Position numbers and translations under genes: made by a program. DNA of 62,066 nt, filler included, from Sphacelaria rigidula (taxonomy: Eukaryota): NCBI GenBank assembly GCA_964200075.2. It is 9 parts of 9 records of this genome, joined end to end, with 100 filler letters (N's around TTAATTAATTAA, not from the genome) between each part and the next. Parts side by side here need not be neighbours in the genome. Positions count along the whole stretch, not along the records: positions 6,909 to 13,716 come from CAXNAA020017977.1; positions 13,817 to 20,624 come from CAXNAA020017978.1; positions 20,725 to 27,531 come from CAXNAA020017979.1; 6 more parts are not named here. One strand, given 5' to 3'. Positions 12,318-24,057 of the stretch are shown piece after piece (position 1 is the first letter of the stretch; each line of letters opens with the position of its first letter). A model generated the notes under the pieces. The model did no database searches and was not told the DNA's origin. It was given only the letters and a program-made list of their open reading frames with translations.

Positions 12318-13393
12318 GTATGTGCGGTACATGCACACGCAATGGTTTCGGGAGAAAGCGTTATCGGTGTTGTGTGCGAAGAAACTCGTGCCATTGACAT
12401 CCGCGCTGTCGCCAGCTTTGTTTGCGGTGGAAGGTGTGCGCTCGTTGTTCCATGGATTTGTAGGATATCTTGTTGGGCTTGTTGGGTACGCGTTAAATAC
12501 ATAAATGGAGTACAACAGAGGTTTTGTCGTAAATTGAAGTCAAAGCGTACTGGGCCTTTAGATTGACAACCGGTGACTTCTGGGCCTGGTGTCGGGGGTT
12601 TGGGGGGTGGTATCAAGCGAACGGCGTGTCACTCCGAGTGCGTGGAGTTGTGCTTCGATGTTTGGCATCCCCTGCTCGGTGATACTCTGGGATCAGAAAC
12701 TACTAGAATGTAGTGCGGCGTGACAAACTACTTGACCTCCACGTGTGGCAAGTAATCATGTAGTTTCAGTATGGTGTCCATAGCTATTTGGTGTCAGTGC
12801 GATATTGATAACTACTTGATCTCAGTACTTTGACGTTACGAAATACTTGATTTCAGTTGCGCTCTTGTTCTCAAGAATCACTTCCTTGAGCCGACTGTGG
12901 TCTTGAAACGACTTGTTTTTAATGTGGAATAAAAAATCTATTGGCTTCTACGCATCGAAATATAGATTTATCTCCCGGAGGTGGGATGTATGTGTGTGTA
13001 CTGTAGGGGTATTCGGAATTTCAGTCTACGGGTACCCCAGGAGTAACACGATATAATTGACGTCCGATGGAAGTAGAGTTGCTATTTTGACGTACACTAT
13101 GGTGCGATAAGGCCGGATCACGGGGTTTTCGACCATCAGAAAGACCGTTTTGTCGGCAGCCGACACGAGCAATGTCTCGACCGAGCCCCGAGGAAGTGGG
13201 ATGTGTTTGAAAAGCCGGGCTGGCTACACAGGGCTCATCCTGTCCTACGCTGATTTGATTACAGCAGGTACGTGGGTTAGAATGGACATGGGCTGGAGCT
13301 GTATGGGGTGCGTCCGCTGTGTGACAAGTTGCACTGACTCGCTGCGCCCTCGTGTGTTTTCCATGTTGCGATCATGATTCATGCTGTTCGCAG

Positions 13394-13547
13394 GGTTCCG
13401 GTATGGGTTTCGAGCGAAGTCGATGGTCCTGACGGGTTGTGGCAAGCCTCAGCGCAAGGACGCGTGCGTGAAGGAGCCACCAAGCTGCTCAACAAGGCAG
13501 CGGTGTGGTCGCCGTCAAAGAACACATTCGAGTTAGATCTACTCGAG
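13394..13547 (+). CDS. Tubby C-terminal-domain-like exon
   Basis: CAG|G acceptor (phase 2, matching), GAG|GTACGA donor; LLNKAAVWSPSKNTFELDL resembles Tubby LQNKTPVWNDDTQSYVLNF. Confidence 0.65.
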
Positions 13548-13716
13548 GTACGATGTTTCTGTGCTACATCGAAAGTACCCGGTATCAATAGGATGGTGGT
13601 AAGATGGGTGGTCGAGTTGGCGGTTTTTCTCTTTTCTCCGTGCGCAAGACTAGTGCCGAGATAGCCCCCCCACAAAAAGTGCACCGGAGACCGTCCGACA
13701 AACCGGCTGCGATCCT

Positions 13717-13816
13717 NNNNNNNNNNNNNNNNNNNNNNNNNNNNNNNNNNNNNNNNNNNNTTAATTAATTAANNNNNNNNNNNNNNNNNNNNNNNNNNNN
13801 NNNNNNNNNNNNNNNN
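13717..13816. other. Artificial contig linker
   Basis: 44 N + TTAATTAATTAA + 44 N. Confidence 0.99.
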
Positions 13817-16800
13817 TGATCAAAGCCACTCTCAATCGTATCATCTACTCTCAATCTCATGAAAACACTGATAAAAATGGTTTCAGGGACGCTGGGGGGC
13901 GTGAGGTCGTCTTTACATAGGTCACTTCATGACTTCAGGTCAAGGAAAGTACTGTTCAGCAGTTGAAAAACATGTTTATGTCCAACCCCATTACTCGTAT
14001 CGGGATCCTGTTTCTATCACTTTTTCCGAAGGTGGATAATGACAACGTGATGGAAGATATCGACACCAAACAATAGTTGCAACATTGAGCTGACCGTGAG
14101 ACATCAATTGTCAGCGTAGCGTCCACTCTACTGCCCCTACGTGTAGCTGCCAAGCACTCAGATAGCCCAACTGCAACGTACCTATCCATTACCCCGGGTT
14201 ATTTGCCGATTCATTCAAGCTAAGCCACTCTAATCCCTTGACGAAAGAGAGTATCACAGGGCGACTGCCGTGCATCCACGCGTGCATGCAGGGCCACTAC
14301 TACTACTGCCTATCCACCACGGAGTCACTTACTGTTTCTATCCAAGCCGAACCACCTCGTGGGCGAGCATAGAGGCCACGAACATGCCAACTAACTTGTA
14401 TACTTGAAAAAAGTCGATCTTGTATACTCGTCGGGGCTCTACTTTTCCACTCAGTGGGCAATGTTGCGGACTGTTGTAGACAGCATATCCCAGAAGTACT
14501 TACTTGGTCGACCGCCTATCAGTGCACGCTCGATCGGAGCAAATTTGACTGTGCAGAGACGTACCACACGGACTACCGTAGTGTATACTGTTGTATGAAA
14601 TGGCACGGTCTCAAAGATACAAAATGTATGAATCGTACCTTGAGACAGTCGATCTTGCCCTTCGGTCCGCCCGTACCATCATCCGCCGCCTTGTACCTCC
14701 TGACCATGTATTTCTTGTTAGGGCTACCGATGGGACTGCCACCCACTTGCATTTCCGCTGAGAGTATCAGCTTCGAAACCTGCTTCGGCAGCACCGCCGC
14801 GGGCACATCCGGGCACCCTCCGTGTCTCAACCCTCCGGCTACTCCCAGTGGTGGCTCCGAGGGACTCGGGCAGCCTCGTGTCATGGCCATAGGCGCAGGA
14901 GGGTTAACATAAACGTTCATGCCTGCGTTTTGCGGCGGGAGCGGCGGTCGTCCGTACTCATGGATAGTTCTCCCTTCCAGATCAACACCTTGGGGAGATT
15001 GCCAAGACATCGCGTCGCGGCGCAAGTGACTAGTATCCTGCATCTCTTAGAACACCCTCTGAAATAGAAGACAAGTGCGGTAGCTCCAATAGTGACCGCT
15101 AAAACGTGGTGCTTCGTCACCAGCAGCGTTCGGTGACAAAAACTCTATGCGGCCAACCCAAGGGAGATCGTGACCCTTGGGCACCAGAAGATCGGGATCC
15201 AGGAGAGGAAGAGCCTGCCCGCCACGTAGAGTATGTGGAAAAAGGATACCTGAACACCGCGTACTGCTCAACGGGCAAGACACCGCCGCGTTGATTCCCA
15301 CTGCTTTCGTTGGCTTTCCTCCTTTCACGTATGGAGGGGACGTCCGGCGTGGCGCCGGGCCACGGGGTTATCAGTGAAATGGGGACGTGAAAGAAGTGGC
15401 ACACAGGGGAGTTATGCAAGGTTGAGAATGGAGCTAAGGGGTGCTTGGCTGGCCGTTGATGTTCGGTGTGTGTTGCACACAGATGCCATTCAACGCGTTG
15501 AGAGTATTGGGTGATGTCCCTGGGGCGAGTAAACTGCGGTGGGGTTGTGAAACCGTCTGATCTGCTCTGCATTCTCAGACCCGCGGCCACAAGTGCCTGA
15601 TAAAATATCCCTTCGAAAAAGGAAAGAAACACAGCACCAGAGGACATTTGCCATTTGATCGGTGCCTGCCTGTGTATTATTATGCATAGGATATAGTATT
15701 CCCCCTCGTTCGTCAACGTCAGAAGTGACGGCGGTACACCTCTCTAAAGAGTGCGGGAAAACATGTACGGTGTATAAGTATCATCTGCACGTATACCACC
15801 CCCTTACAGGAAGCCTCCAGATGACGGTTTCGATTATCCTCGAAACCATACCAGCGCCTAAAGTACGGGATAAAAACTGAAAACAGTCGATCTCTGTGCA
15901 ATGGAACGCGATAACACTATCGCGGTGAATGGTATATCACTCCCTTGTAGACACCGCACCCCCGCTCGATAGGTTTTCCGTTACCATGACTCATAACACA
16001 GAGATCGCACACCGAGGAGAAGAGCGCAAATCACCAGCAATTGATACATCAACCACGCAATAGCACCTCCGGGTGGTACGATGTCTGATGTTCTTAGCGA
16101 GATGCCAGTGCTAGCGGGTATGTATTGGGGGTAGGTGATGTAGCATCCCAGGGCGATCGATGTTAAGGTCCCGAATACTCATCATCACAACCCGGGTGGG
16201 GGAGGGGGCCATAAGTTTTACAGTGCCCATACCCTCCTCTAATCTCGTCCCAGGTCAATTTTCTAGGGAAAATAGAAAATACGGATTGCCCACCAAGTGC
16301 CCACAGTTATTTAACCCTTAGACCGCGAGATCAGTCTTTCTGGATCATGCATACTTTTTTTCACTCGAAATTGATGCCCATTCAACAGAAGACTATAACC
16401 TCGCGCCCATCAACGGATTGTCTGTAGCTGCTCTCAGCCAAAAACACGAACTTGTTTGTCAGTGAAGAGCTCAACTAGCATACGTACATCGAGATATATA
16501 TCTTCGAGTAAATATGGAGCTTTCACTGTTCCCTTCACGCCAAGTAGGGGATTATCACAGCCCAACCCGCACCCAAGTAGTGTATATCCTCCTCTTTTTT
16601 TCTCTTCCTTTTTCCTTGGTGGGGGGGGGGGGGGGGGGGGGAAAAAGGGAAAAGGCAGTTTCTTTGCCCTCTCCGGGGGGGGGCGGCGGGGAAAAANNNN
16701 NNNNNNGGAGGGGGGGGGAAACACAAGTGGGATAACCTGTGTCTGTCGCTAACCGCGTGGGGACAGCAGGAAGCGAAAAAAGATGATCGACGAGAGCGGT

Positions 16801-17331
16801 CGACGCGATGCGGGAATGTTGATTCAATCTTCAGAATCGTTAGGTAAAGGAATAGGGGGGAGATAATATTTGGCCCTTGGAAGTACAGACTCATTTACAG
16901 GAAAGGAGAGAGGGTGAAAGTAAGGTGGAGTGAACACATGAGTACCATGCCCATCTGCTCAAAAGTCTTGGCCCATATTTTCTCGTTGGTTAAACCCCAT
17001 GTCTAGTAATTCCTATATCTAGGGGAGATGGCGCCAATACTAAAATGTCGATGAAACTCCCGATCGATACATTCAGCGGATAGCAACGAATTTTGCTGTG
17101 GAGAACCACAGAAGAGTGCCGAATAAAAAAATATATGGGCCTTCCATTTATTTATTTTTCATCGAGGTTAGGGCGTGAAAAAAAATGAAAAAAATCAACC
17201 TGACCCACTTTTTTGTGAAGTATGCCCTAGAGAGCGCCCACACAAAATTTCAATACACGAAAACCAAACGTGGGCCGGTGAGCGGCCCGCGAAATACTGT
17301 TCCGAATTTCCACCGCCCCGGTTTTTGATAG

Positions 17332-17569
17332 GCCCACGCTATTTTGTACATCTACACTTGGAGCCTGAAATTTGGTATGGACAATGAACAGGGCATGAAA
17401 AAAAATTACTTCGGTACCAAAAGTTTTTTTTCATGACTTAAGGGCAAAAGTCAGTTTTCAGGTATCAGTAAAAAACTATTGGTACCAAAGTAATTTTTTC
17501 TTTCATACCTTATTCTCTGCCCATGCCAAATTTCAGGGTCCAACTCTAAATGTATAAAAGAGCATGGGC
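17332..17569. repeat. Foldback (MITE-like), ~100-bp imperfect arms
   Basis: GCCCACGCT...CCTGAAATTTGGTATGG...AAAAAATTACTTCGGTACCAA mirrored by TTGGTACCAAAGTAATTTTTT...CCATGCCAAATTTCAGG...AGCATGGGC. Confidence 0.8.
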
Positions 17570-17681
17570 GTGCGAACGTCAAATCCGCCTCTAGGCTAGC
17601 CCAGCTCGTATAGGTGAGAAATGAAAATTCTTGGCGAGAAAGGGAAACGAAAAGAGCGACAACGAGAATTACTCAACCTCC

Positions 17682-18011
17682 CACACGCGGCCATTTGGCT
17701 ACCCTCCAAAATGCCTCCAGAAGGATGCGCGGCCCTCCAGAGGAAAAACATGCCTCCGAAGGCCTTCAATCCCTCTGGAGGAAACCAAACACTATCGACC
17801 TGGAGGGCCGCGCACCCCTCCGGAGGAATTTGGGGGTATGCGCGCCCGTCCAGGGGCAAAAACAACCCCCCGGTGTTTGATCCCTCTGGAGGAAACCAAA
17901 AAATCTCCTCTGGACGGCCGCGCACCCCTCCGGAGACGTTTAATTCCCCTGGAGGCTCGAAACGTTTACCAACCTGAGGGAATCTTGGGGGTAGCCAAAT
18001 GGCCGCGTGTG
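17682..18011. mobile_element. 330-bp MITE with perfect 23-bp TIRs
   Basis: CACACGCGGCCATTTGGCTACCC / GGGTAGCCAAATGGCCGCGTGTG; internal repeated CCCTC(C/T)GGAGG motif; TSD unclear. Confidence 0.85.
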
Positions 18012-19533
18012 CCCTCATTTCCCTCCGTGGAGGATTCCATGATGTCAACAGATCAACAATCCATCTCTCCCCCGGGTGCGAAACGGGAGAAAAGACAAGA
18101 TTTTTGAGGTTCAGTCTTTTTTTATCTTGCAGTCCATGCATACTGTATCATGAGACCGCGAGCCGCTTGGCCTCCATGTACTGGATTCATTTCTTCAACT
18201 ATTCCTCTCCCCCCAAGACTTGAAAGCAGATGCCACGGCGCCGGGTATTTTCAAACGATAATAATACTCTGAAATAGTATACCACCTTTGTCAATGCTGA
18301 TGATGGTGACGAGTGAGGGAAATTTCTTCGTACATTGGTTCAAAAAACAACATGGCAGACTGATCATATAGATCAATGTGTAAATGACTCCCGGGTCAAC
18401 GGGGGCACATAGCGATACTGCAGTAACGAGAAACCATATCCTGAGAAACTCCAAATCAGATAAGACTGGGGGGTCTGCACATTCCACTGCTATTCTTCCC
18501 CATATCCTGAAAAATCCCGGGTCCATCGAGATTCGAACTCGCATCCTTCCGCTTCATCTGGCTACGAGTTTTGGTGTACAGTACAGTACCATCTAAATTC
18601 ACACCACCTGCGTGCGGTAGCTTGTATTGAACAAGCCCTTCGTACAAGATGTACTCCTCCGTCACCGCATCAGTCTTCTCTCCTACGAAACTGATTTGGA
18701 CCCTGGCTCGTTCAACTTGTTACGTACCTACCCCTTACCCTCTAGGGGCGCGCGCGGGGGCGGGGGGTGATGCTAAGTGATCCGCAATTAAAAAGTAAAG
18801 AAACTCAGGCATGTTATGTCGTCATTTCACACAGCATTACGTGCTTATATGAGTAGCGCGTAACGATAGCACAGCGGCAAAACTATTGTGTACAGGAAGC
18901 GCCGCTGTAGAGTACCCACTGTAGGGTTCATTTTGAATCCTGCACGTAAGTTCTATCATTTCCAAAACTGAAATATCATGCTCAATACAACACGCCTTTG
19001 AATACACCTCTACAACAGACAGCGAATCTCACGGGCCACACAGTTGGTGTTTGCACCGTCGTGTTTGTTCCATGCCCACTGGAGTGGTCACAAGCAGATC
19101 GAGGCACCATCGCGCTGCCACAACACCGACGCTTTGGCCAATAGCCAGCAACAAAACGAAAACGATCATCCACGCCCTGACGTGTCCGAACACAAGTAAA
19201 TCCGCACACGAAATCACAGTTGTGATCGTCACATACAGATCGACGTGATCATCCGGCCATCGAAAAGCGGCGAACTTGTGGAAGATGCATGGAAGGAGGC
19301 GTGAGACCCGCAATTGCTCCATCAACACAGAACCAGAAAACAAAGGTTAATATTGAATCAGAGCATATACAACAGATCCTATCCGTTCCGGTTTCCTTCC
19401 GTTGGATGTGTAACACAATCTACACCACCCCGGTACACCCCTCCGTCGACGACTCTCGAAAAGACCAACTAGTTTACCCAACGCGACGGTGAGTACCCCA
19501 TCGATTCCCCGGGGTCGAGGCGTTGTACTCTCC

Positions 19534-19693
19534 TTATCCGCCGTAGACACTCCCAGAGTATGTACACTCTACGGCGTCCGGCCCGTCTGTCTTCCCTTCT
19601 GGAATGAACGCCAACGAGCACGAGTTGACGCAGTGACGCTCGTTCGGCTCGGGGTTGCGGAAGCCTTCTCCTCGGAAGACATGCCCAAGGTGC
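19534..19693 (-). CDS. msrB: Methionine-R-sulfoxide reductase B, terminal exon
   Basis: CCAG|G acceptor, then [33 protein letters not shown]...GG* with the MsrB motifs HLGHVF and RHCVNS; missing from the ORF track because it has no start codon. Confidence 0.93.
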
Positions 19694-20526
19694 CTGGTTT
19701 ATTTTCCGGTCAAAATTGATTCAGATTTGATTCGGTCATTCATTTATTTTTCCGTCACAACCAAGGATTACAGGGATTGAAATCCACACACACACACGCA
19801 CACACCCAAAAGCTAGTTCAATCCTCATGACTCTTAAACTCAAAGTTGGCGGAATTTGACCCTCTGGGAACCCCCCGCTTCCGTCCCCGGACCAGACGCC
19901 TCATTATTTCAAGCACTGACAAAGGAGAAAATATGGGGGGAAAAAAGACCGAAGGCAACTATTTTCACGGCGGAAGGCCACAGACGAATCAACCAGCGTA
20001 CGTCATGCGCGCACCAAGATTATCTTTCCCATGCGGTCGGAGTAGTGTTGTTCAGTGAGAGACGCACCGGGTACACACAACCAAAATAAGCACTTGCGTG
20101 CCTCAAGTTTACGCCAGCGAAGATCGCCACCACCAGTCTATTTTCTAAATACTGAGTCCCGTGCGACGCTGGGGCAAATTTTTATACGGGTCTGAAAGAC
20201 ACGCTTCGGGCCAAAAGTTTTGCGTGAAACTTGTACATACTCAACCAAATTTCATTTTGAAAAAACAGTACCTCAAAATCCACACTTTCATTTCCAATAC
20301 CAAAAGGGTTGATCCGTACAGCGGCGTGAACTACAATCATCAATTGCACGCTGAACGGCATCTTGATATTGTTTTTGAGGATGTGTCCGTTGACCTCTTC
20401 GCTTGACACACTAAATCCATAAAATCTCATCCCGCGGAAAAGTGACGTGAAATCGAATCTCACGTGTCCATCCTCTCGAGACGCCTGGTGCAACAGGGGA
20501 ACAAACGATGCCCAACATCACTCTCT

Positions 20527-20563
<37 letters not shown>

Positions 20564-20624
20564 CCACCCGCCGCGGCGGGCCGAGCAACTCCGCCCACAA
20601 CACAAACCACCACGACAACGAATG

Positions 20625-20724
20625 NNNNNNNNNNNNNNNNNNNNNNNNNNNNNNNNNNNNNNNNNNNNTTAATTAATTAANNNNNNNNNNNNNNNNNNNN
20701 NNNNNNNNNNNNNNNNNNNNNNNN
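20625..20724. other. Artificial contig linker
   Basis: 44 N + TTAATTAATTAA + 44 N. Confidence 0.99.
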
Positions 20725-20779
20725 GGATGTGAGGTCAATGGTTTTATGACTATGGCATGCATGACCATGAGTACACCCA

Positions 20780-21276
20780 TTGTTCCCCACCCCATTGTTC
20801 CGCCGGCCTACCGATGAGACACTCTTGGAAACGCCGGGCGCTGCATCAGCTAGAGCATGACTTAACGACAATCCTCCCCTATTCTCTGACAACTCCGACT
20901 CTGCATGCGCAGTGTTGACGGTGCGCTCAAAAGTCTCTGTGTCAATCTCTGGCATTGCAAGAAGCATGACTCGCTGAATCTCAAAGTCGGACGAAAGTCG
21001 ACGCGCGTAGTGACGGTTTTCATCCGAACCTGGCAGAAATAAAGTCAAAACCCTTCTTTTGCGCCTGATTAGGCCAGCTCTGCTCAGGAAAACTGAAGGC
21101 GGCTCACCCAGGCCCGTCTCAAGCGCTTGCCATTCCACCTGCTGGCGGGCCTTGAGTGCCGAGGGAGACATACTGTCGTATCGAGCCAAATAGTCCCACG
21201 CTCCGCTCGGGCTCCTATACACCGCAATAGGGTCCACTATGTGGGGTGTAGTAATTTGTCGATTATCATGTCCCAT
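20780..21276 (-). pseudogene. Degenerate copia-type gag (UBN2-like)
   Basis: SPSGAWDYL...EWQAL...GEPPSVFLSRA...LSSDFE pattern; cut at about 20775 by a mariner-TIR-like repeat shared with 45841. Confidence 0.6.
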
Positions 21277-23832
21277 GCTCTCTGAGCCATATCAACTGCA
21301 ACACTACCAAACTACCTTCGTAGTGCCGGCTCGGGCTCGATCAAAACTCTTGGGCGGCAGATATGAGTGAAGAGCAGCACGGTACCTCCGACGTGGTTGG
21401 CGCGGGCGCTGACCTTGAGCCAGTGTGTGGCGATGTGGTGGAGGTGCGTAGTTGCCGTCTGAACTTGATTAACACTGGCTCAGAAAAAGTAAGCTGCCAT
21501 CTGAACTTGATTAACACGGAACTTGGCCTCCAGGGTCTCGCCTGCTTTTTTAAGGCCGTCCTAAGGGGGGATACTGTTGTGATTACGTACGTTTACGATA
21601 CTTTCTTGTGGTCTCTGCTCCTCCATGTACTTATCTTGCCTAGACGGTGGGAAGACCCCAGGGTTACCAAATTGATCTCTGTTTCCCGTGCTTGTGCTTT
21701 CAGGGCAGCCCTGCGGACGAGTACTTTTATTATGCATGTCTCTCTTTCATAGCCCACAATTGCGTCGCGCTTCGCCTTCAATCTGCTCTCTCTGGTTAGC
21801 TTCCATAAGCCGTAGCTTCTCGGTTAACTTCTCTTCGTTGCTTGCTTCCTTTTGCGTGGTAATTGCTCAAATGCCTCTGTGTATCTTACTGCCTGTACTC
21901 CGTTCTCAACGATAGGTCTGCCGCTACTCGCATGTATGCAAAGCTCTCTTAATCGCTAGCGTATTCGATAGCTCCGTGCACAAGGGATTTCCCGACAGAG
22001 GGGGAAGTGTATAACTTTCTCGTATTAACCACTCTTGTACTCTTGACTCACCAGTCACACATACACCATAGAATGCATGCTGCTCCCGAGCTGCTGAGGC
22101 AAACATCCACTCCAAAATGGAACACGCAAGCAAGTGGCACGGTGAGGATGTCTCGTGACATATGCGGTACATATATCATGCTATAACCCCGCATTCGCGA
22201 TTGCTCCTTTTCCGTACTTTATCCCAAGTCCATTCCGCATTTATTTCCCGAGAGTGTATGCGAACTAGCACGAGTACACATGAACAAGGATCCAGTCCGG
22301 GCATATTCGAATACCGACAACTCCACGACGGTCGGCACTGACACATCATTATGGTGACACACCTTGCGTGTAGCGTATCATGCGGGGTGATCGGTATGGG
22401 TACATGACGCGGAATATGGGGATATCTAGTGAACCGTTTTGAGAATATTCACTGCGATACCCTCAGAGATCCACAATGAAGAAACCATACTTTTCTGGAT
22501 AACCGGTGACGAAACAACTCAACTTTCGGAAGGGGTTGTCGTGCGTTGTTGCCTTCAAACTTGCGAAAAATAGAAAGATCACGTGTGCGTATGTGTATGA
22601 AGCATACAGGCTTCGCCACCGGAGCCAAACCACCGTGCCTTCATCGCACCCCCGTCCCCCACGAGACTTGGTGATGATGTGGATCATGACCTCTAGTACG
22701 CACCGAACTAGGATACCCCTTATAACACGGGATTTCACAAAATGAGGATGGATTTATTTTAAGGATGAACCTTGGGAACCTTCATAAGCATCGAAATATT
22801 CTCGAAAACAAAATGTAAATGAACCATCCGGCCATGATGTGTGTCCTCGCTGATCCTAAAACAAAAAGAACCTCCGCATCTTATAAAAAACTCCGTGTTG
22901 GAAGAGAATTCTGACAAACATGAACGGTTTTTCGTTCGTACGGGAATGAATGGAGGTCGAATTCGTTCGGTATGAACACGGGATTTGACAAATTGTGGAT
23001 AGATCCTTTTGAGAATAAGCGAGACCATACATCACGGCCTGAGAGTGCATCAATGTTTTTATTTCTAGAATATTCCTATGCTTGGGAAGATTCCCGAGGT
23101 TGACTCTCAATGCCAAATTCATTCTCAACATTCGAAATCCTGTGTTTTATCCTGTGACAGAGGTGCAGGGGGAGCATCATCGCACATACCATCATCTGAG
23201 CTACTTGATTTTAGTAGGGGGCAACGACCGAGCTTGCGGAGTTCGTGTGCTGTGTCGGAGACTTGTTGAGTTACCGAGGAGTGCTTCAGCGTCGCGTGCT
23301 GGTGCGAGCAGCCAAGTGCAGTTAGGGTCCACTGAACCATGTCTTGGGCATGTCTAACACGAGTACAATGGAATCTTTGGTATTTTCGGCAGTCGATGCG
23401 GTAGGTAACCTGGATCACTCAGTACCGCAGACACTCTAAGAATCCAGTGTGGGAAATTCACTACTCTATCCTCACCACCTTGAGATTCCTTCGGTACAGT
23501 AATAATCTCGTTAGGATTCGTGTAGCATCAATCAAACATGCGACACACAATCAAATAACATGACACTAACCGTTGTCGAGAGGTCGTCCACTTGGCTGCA
23601 GTTCAGCTCAGATTACCACGTACGTCTCCATCGCGGACACGTTAACCAGTATTCGATTGACAACAGCAGGGGATAGATATCTCCGCCACAACACTGTAGT
23701 ACGGGGACGCACTTGAACGTAAGATATCAAAAGGCCGAAACGAGGGAGGGTGCAGAAATTGGCGTAAAGTCTCGACGACTCGCGAAATATACCATCTTCA
23801 ATTTCTTGGCTTCCGCCTCGATCGTGCCTCAG

Positions 23833-24057
23833 GTGTGGAGGCAGCTGGCGCAGGGACTGGAACGGTACAACACCGTGCTTTCAGAGCGCACACGACGAAT
23901 AGGTACAGTCAAATTTCTGCAGGAGAAAAGTAGCAAACTCAAGGACCTCCTGCGCACGTACCTGGTGTCGGCGGTGAATGAGGACCTGATTATTCCGCCT
24001 ACGAGGACAATCAAGATCGACGCCAGCGATAGCGGTGGAAATCAAGAAGTGTACTGA
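23833..24057 (+). CDS. DRC1: Dynein regulatory complex subunit 1 (CCDC164), terminal exon
   Basis: CTCAG|GTG acceptor; VWRQLAQGLERYNTVLSER...LKDLLRTYL..VNEDLIIPPT matches the DRC1 C-terminal coiled coil and N.EL.IPPT motif. Confidence 0.82.
   Translation: MWRQLAQGLERYNTVLSERTRRIGTVKFLQEKSSKLKDLLRTYLVSAVNEDLIIPPTRTIKIDASDSGGNQEVY

Noticed and set aside
11772-12515. 247-aa antisense ORF, and similar antisense ORFs over copia/gypsy pol
   Set aside because: Shadow frames of GC-rich coding sequence with no independent motifs
14573-15043. 156-aa minus-strand ORF with a plausible donor (CLK|GTACGA)
   Set aside because: May be a real exon, but no recognisable homology and no consistent gene model could be built
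16618-16718. G-rich tract around a 10-N gap (possible G-quadruplex)
   Set aside because: Low-quality sequence flanking a scaffold gap
17596-18141. Overlapping repetitive ORFs (PPEG / PSGG)
   Set aside because: Translations of internal repeats of the 17682-18011 MITE
20447-20680. ORFs ending in X-runs and 'LIN' (also near 27576, 48087 and 55208)
   Set aside because: Products of homopolymers and the artificial linker
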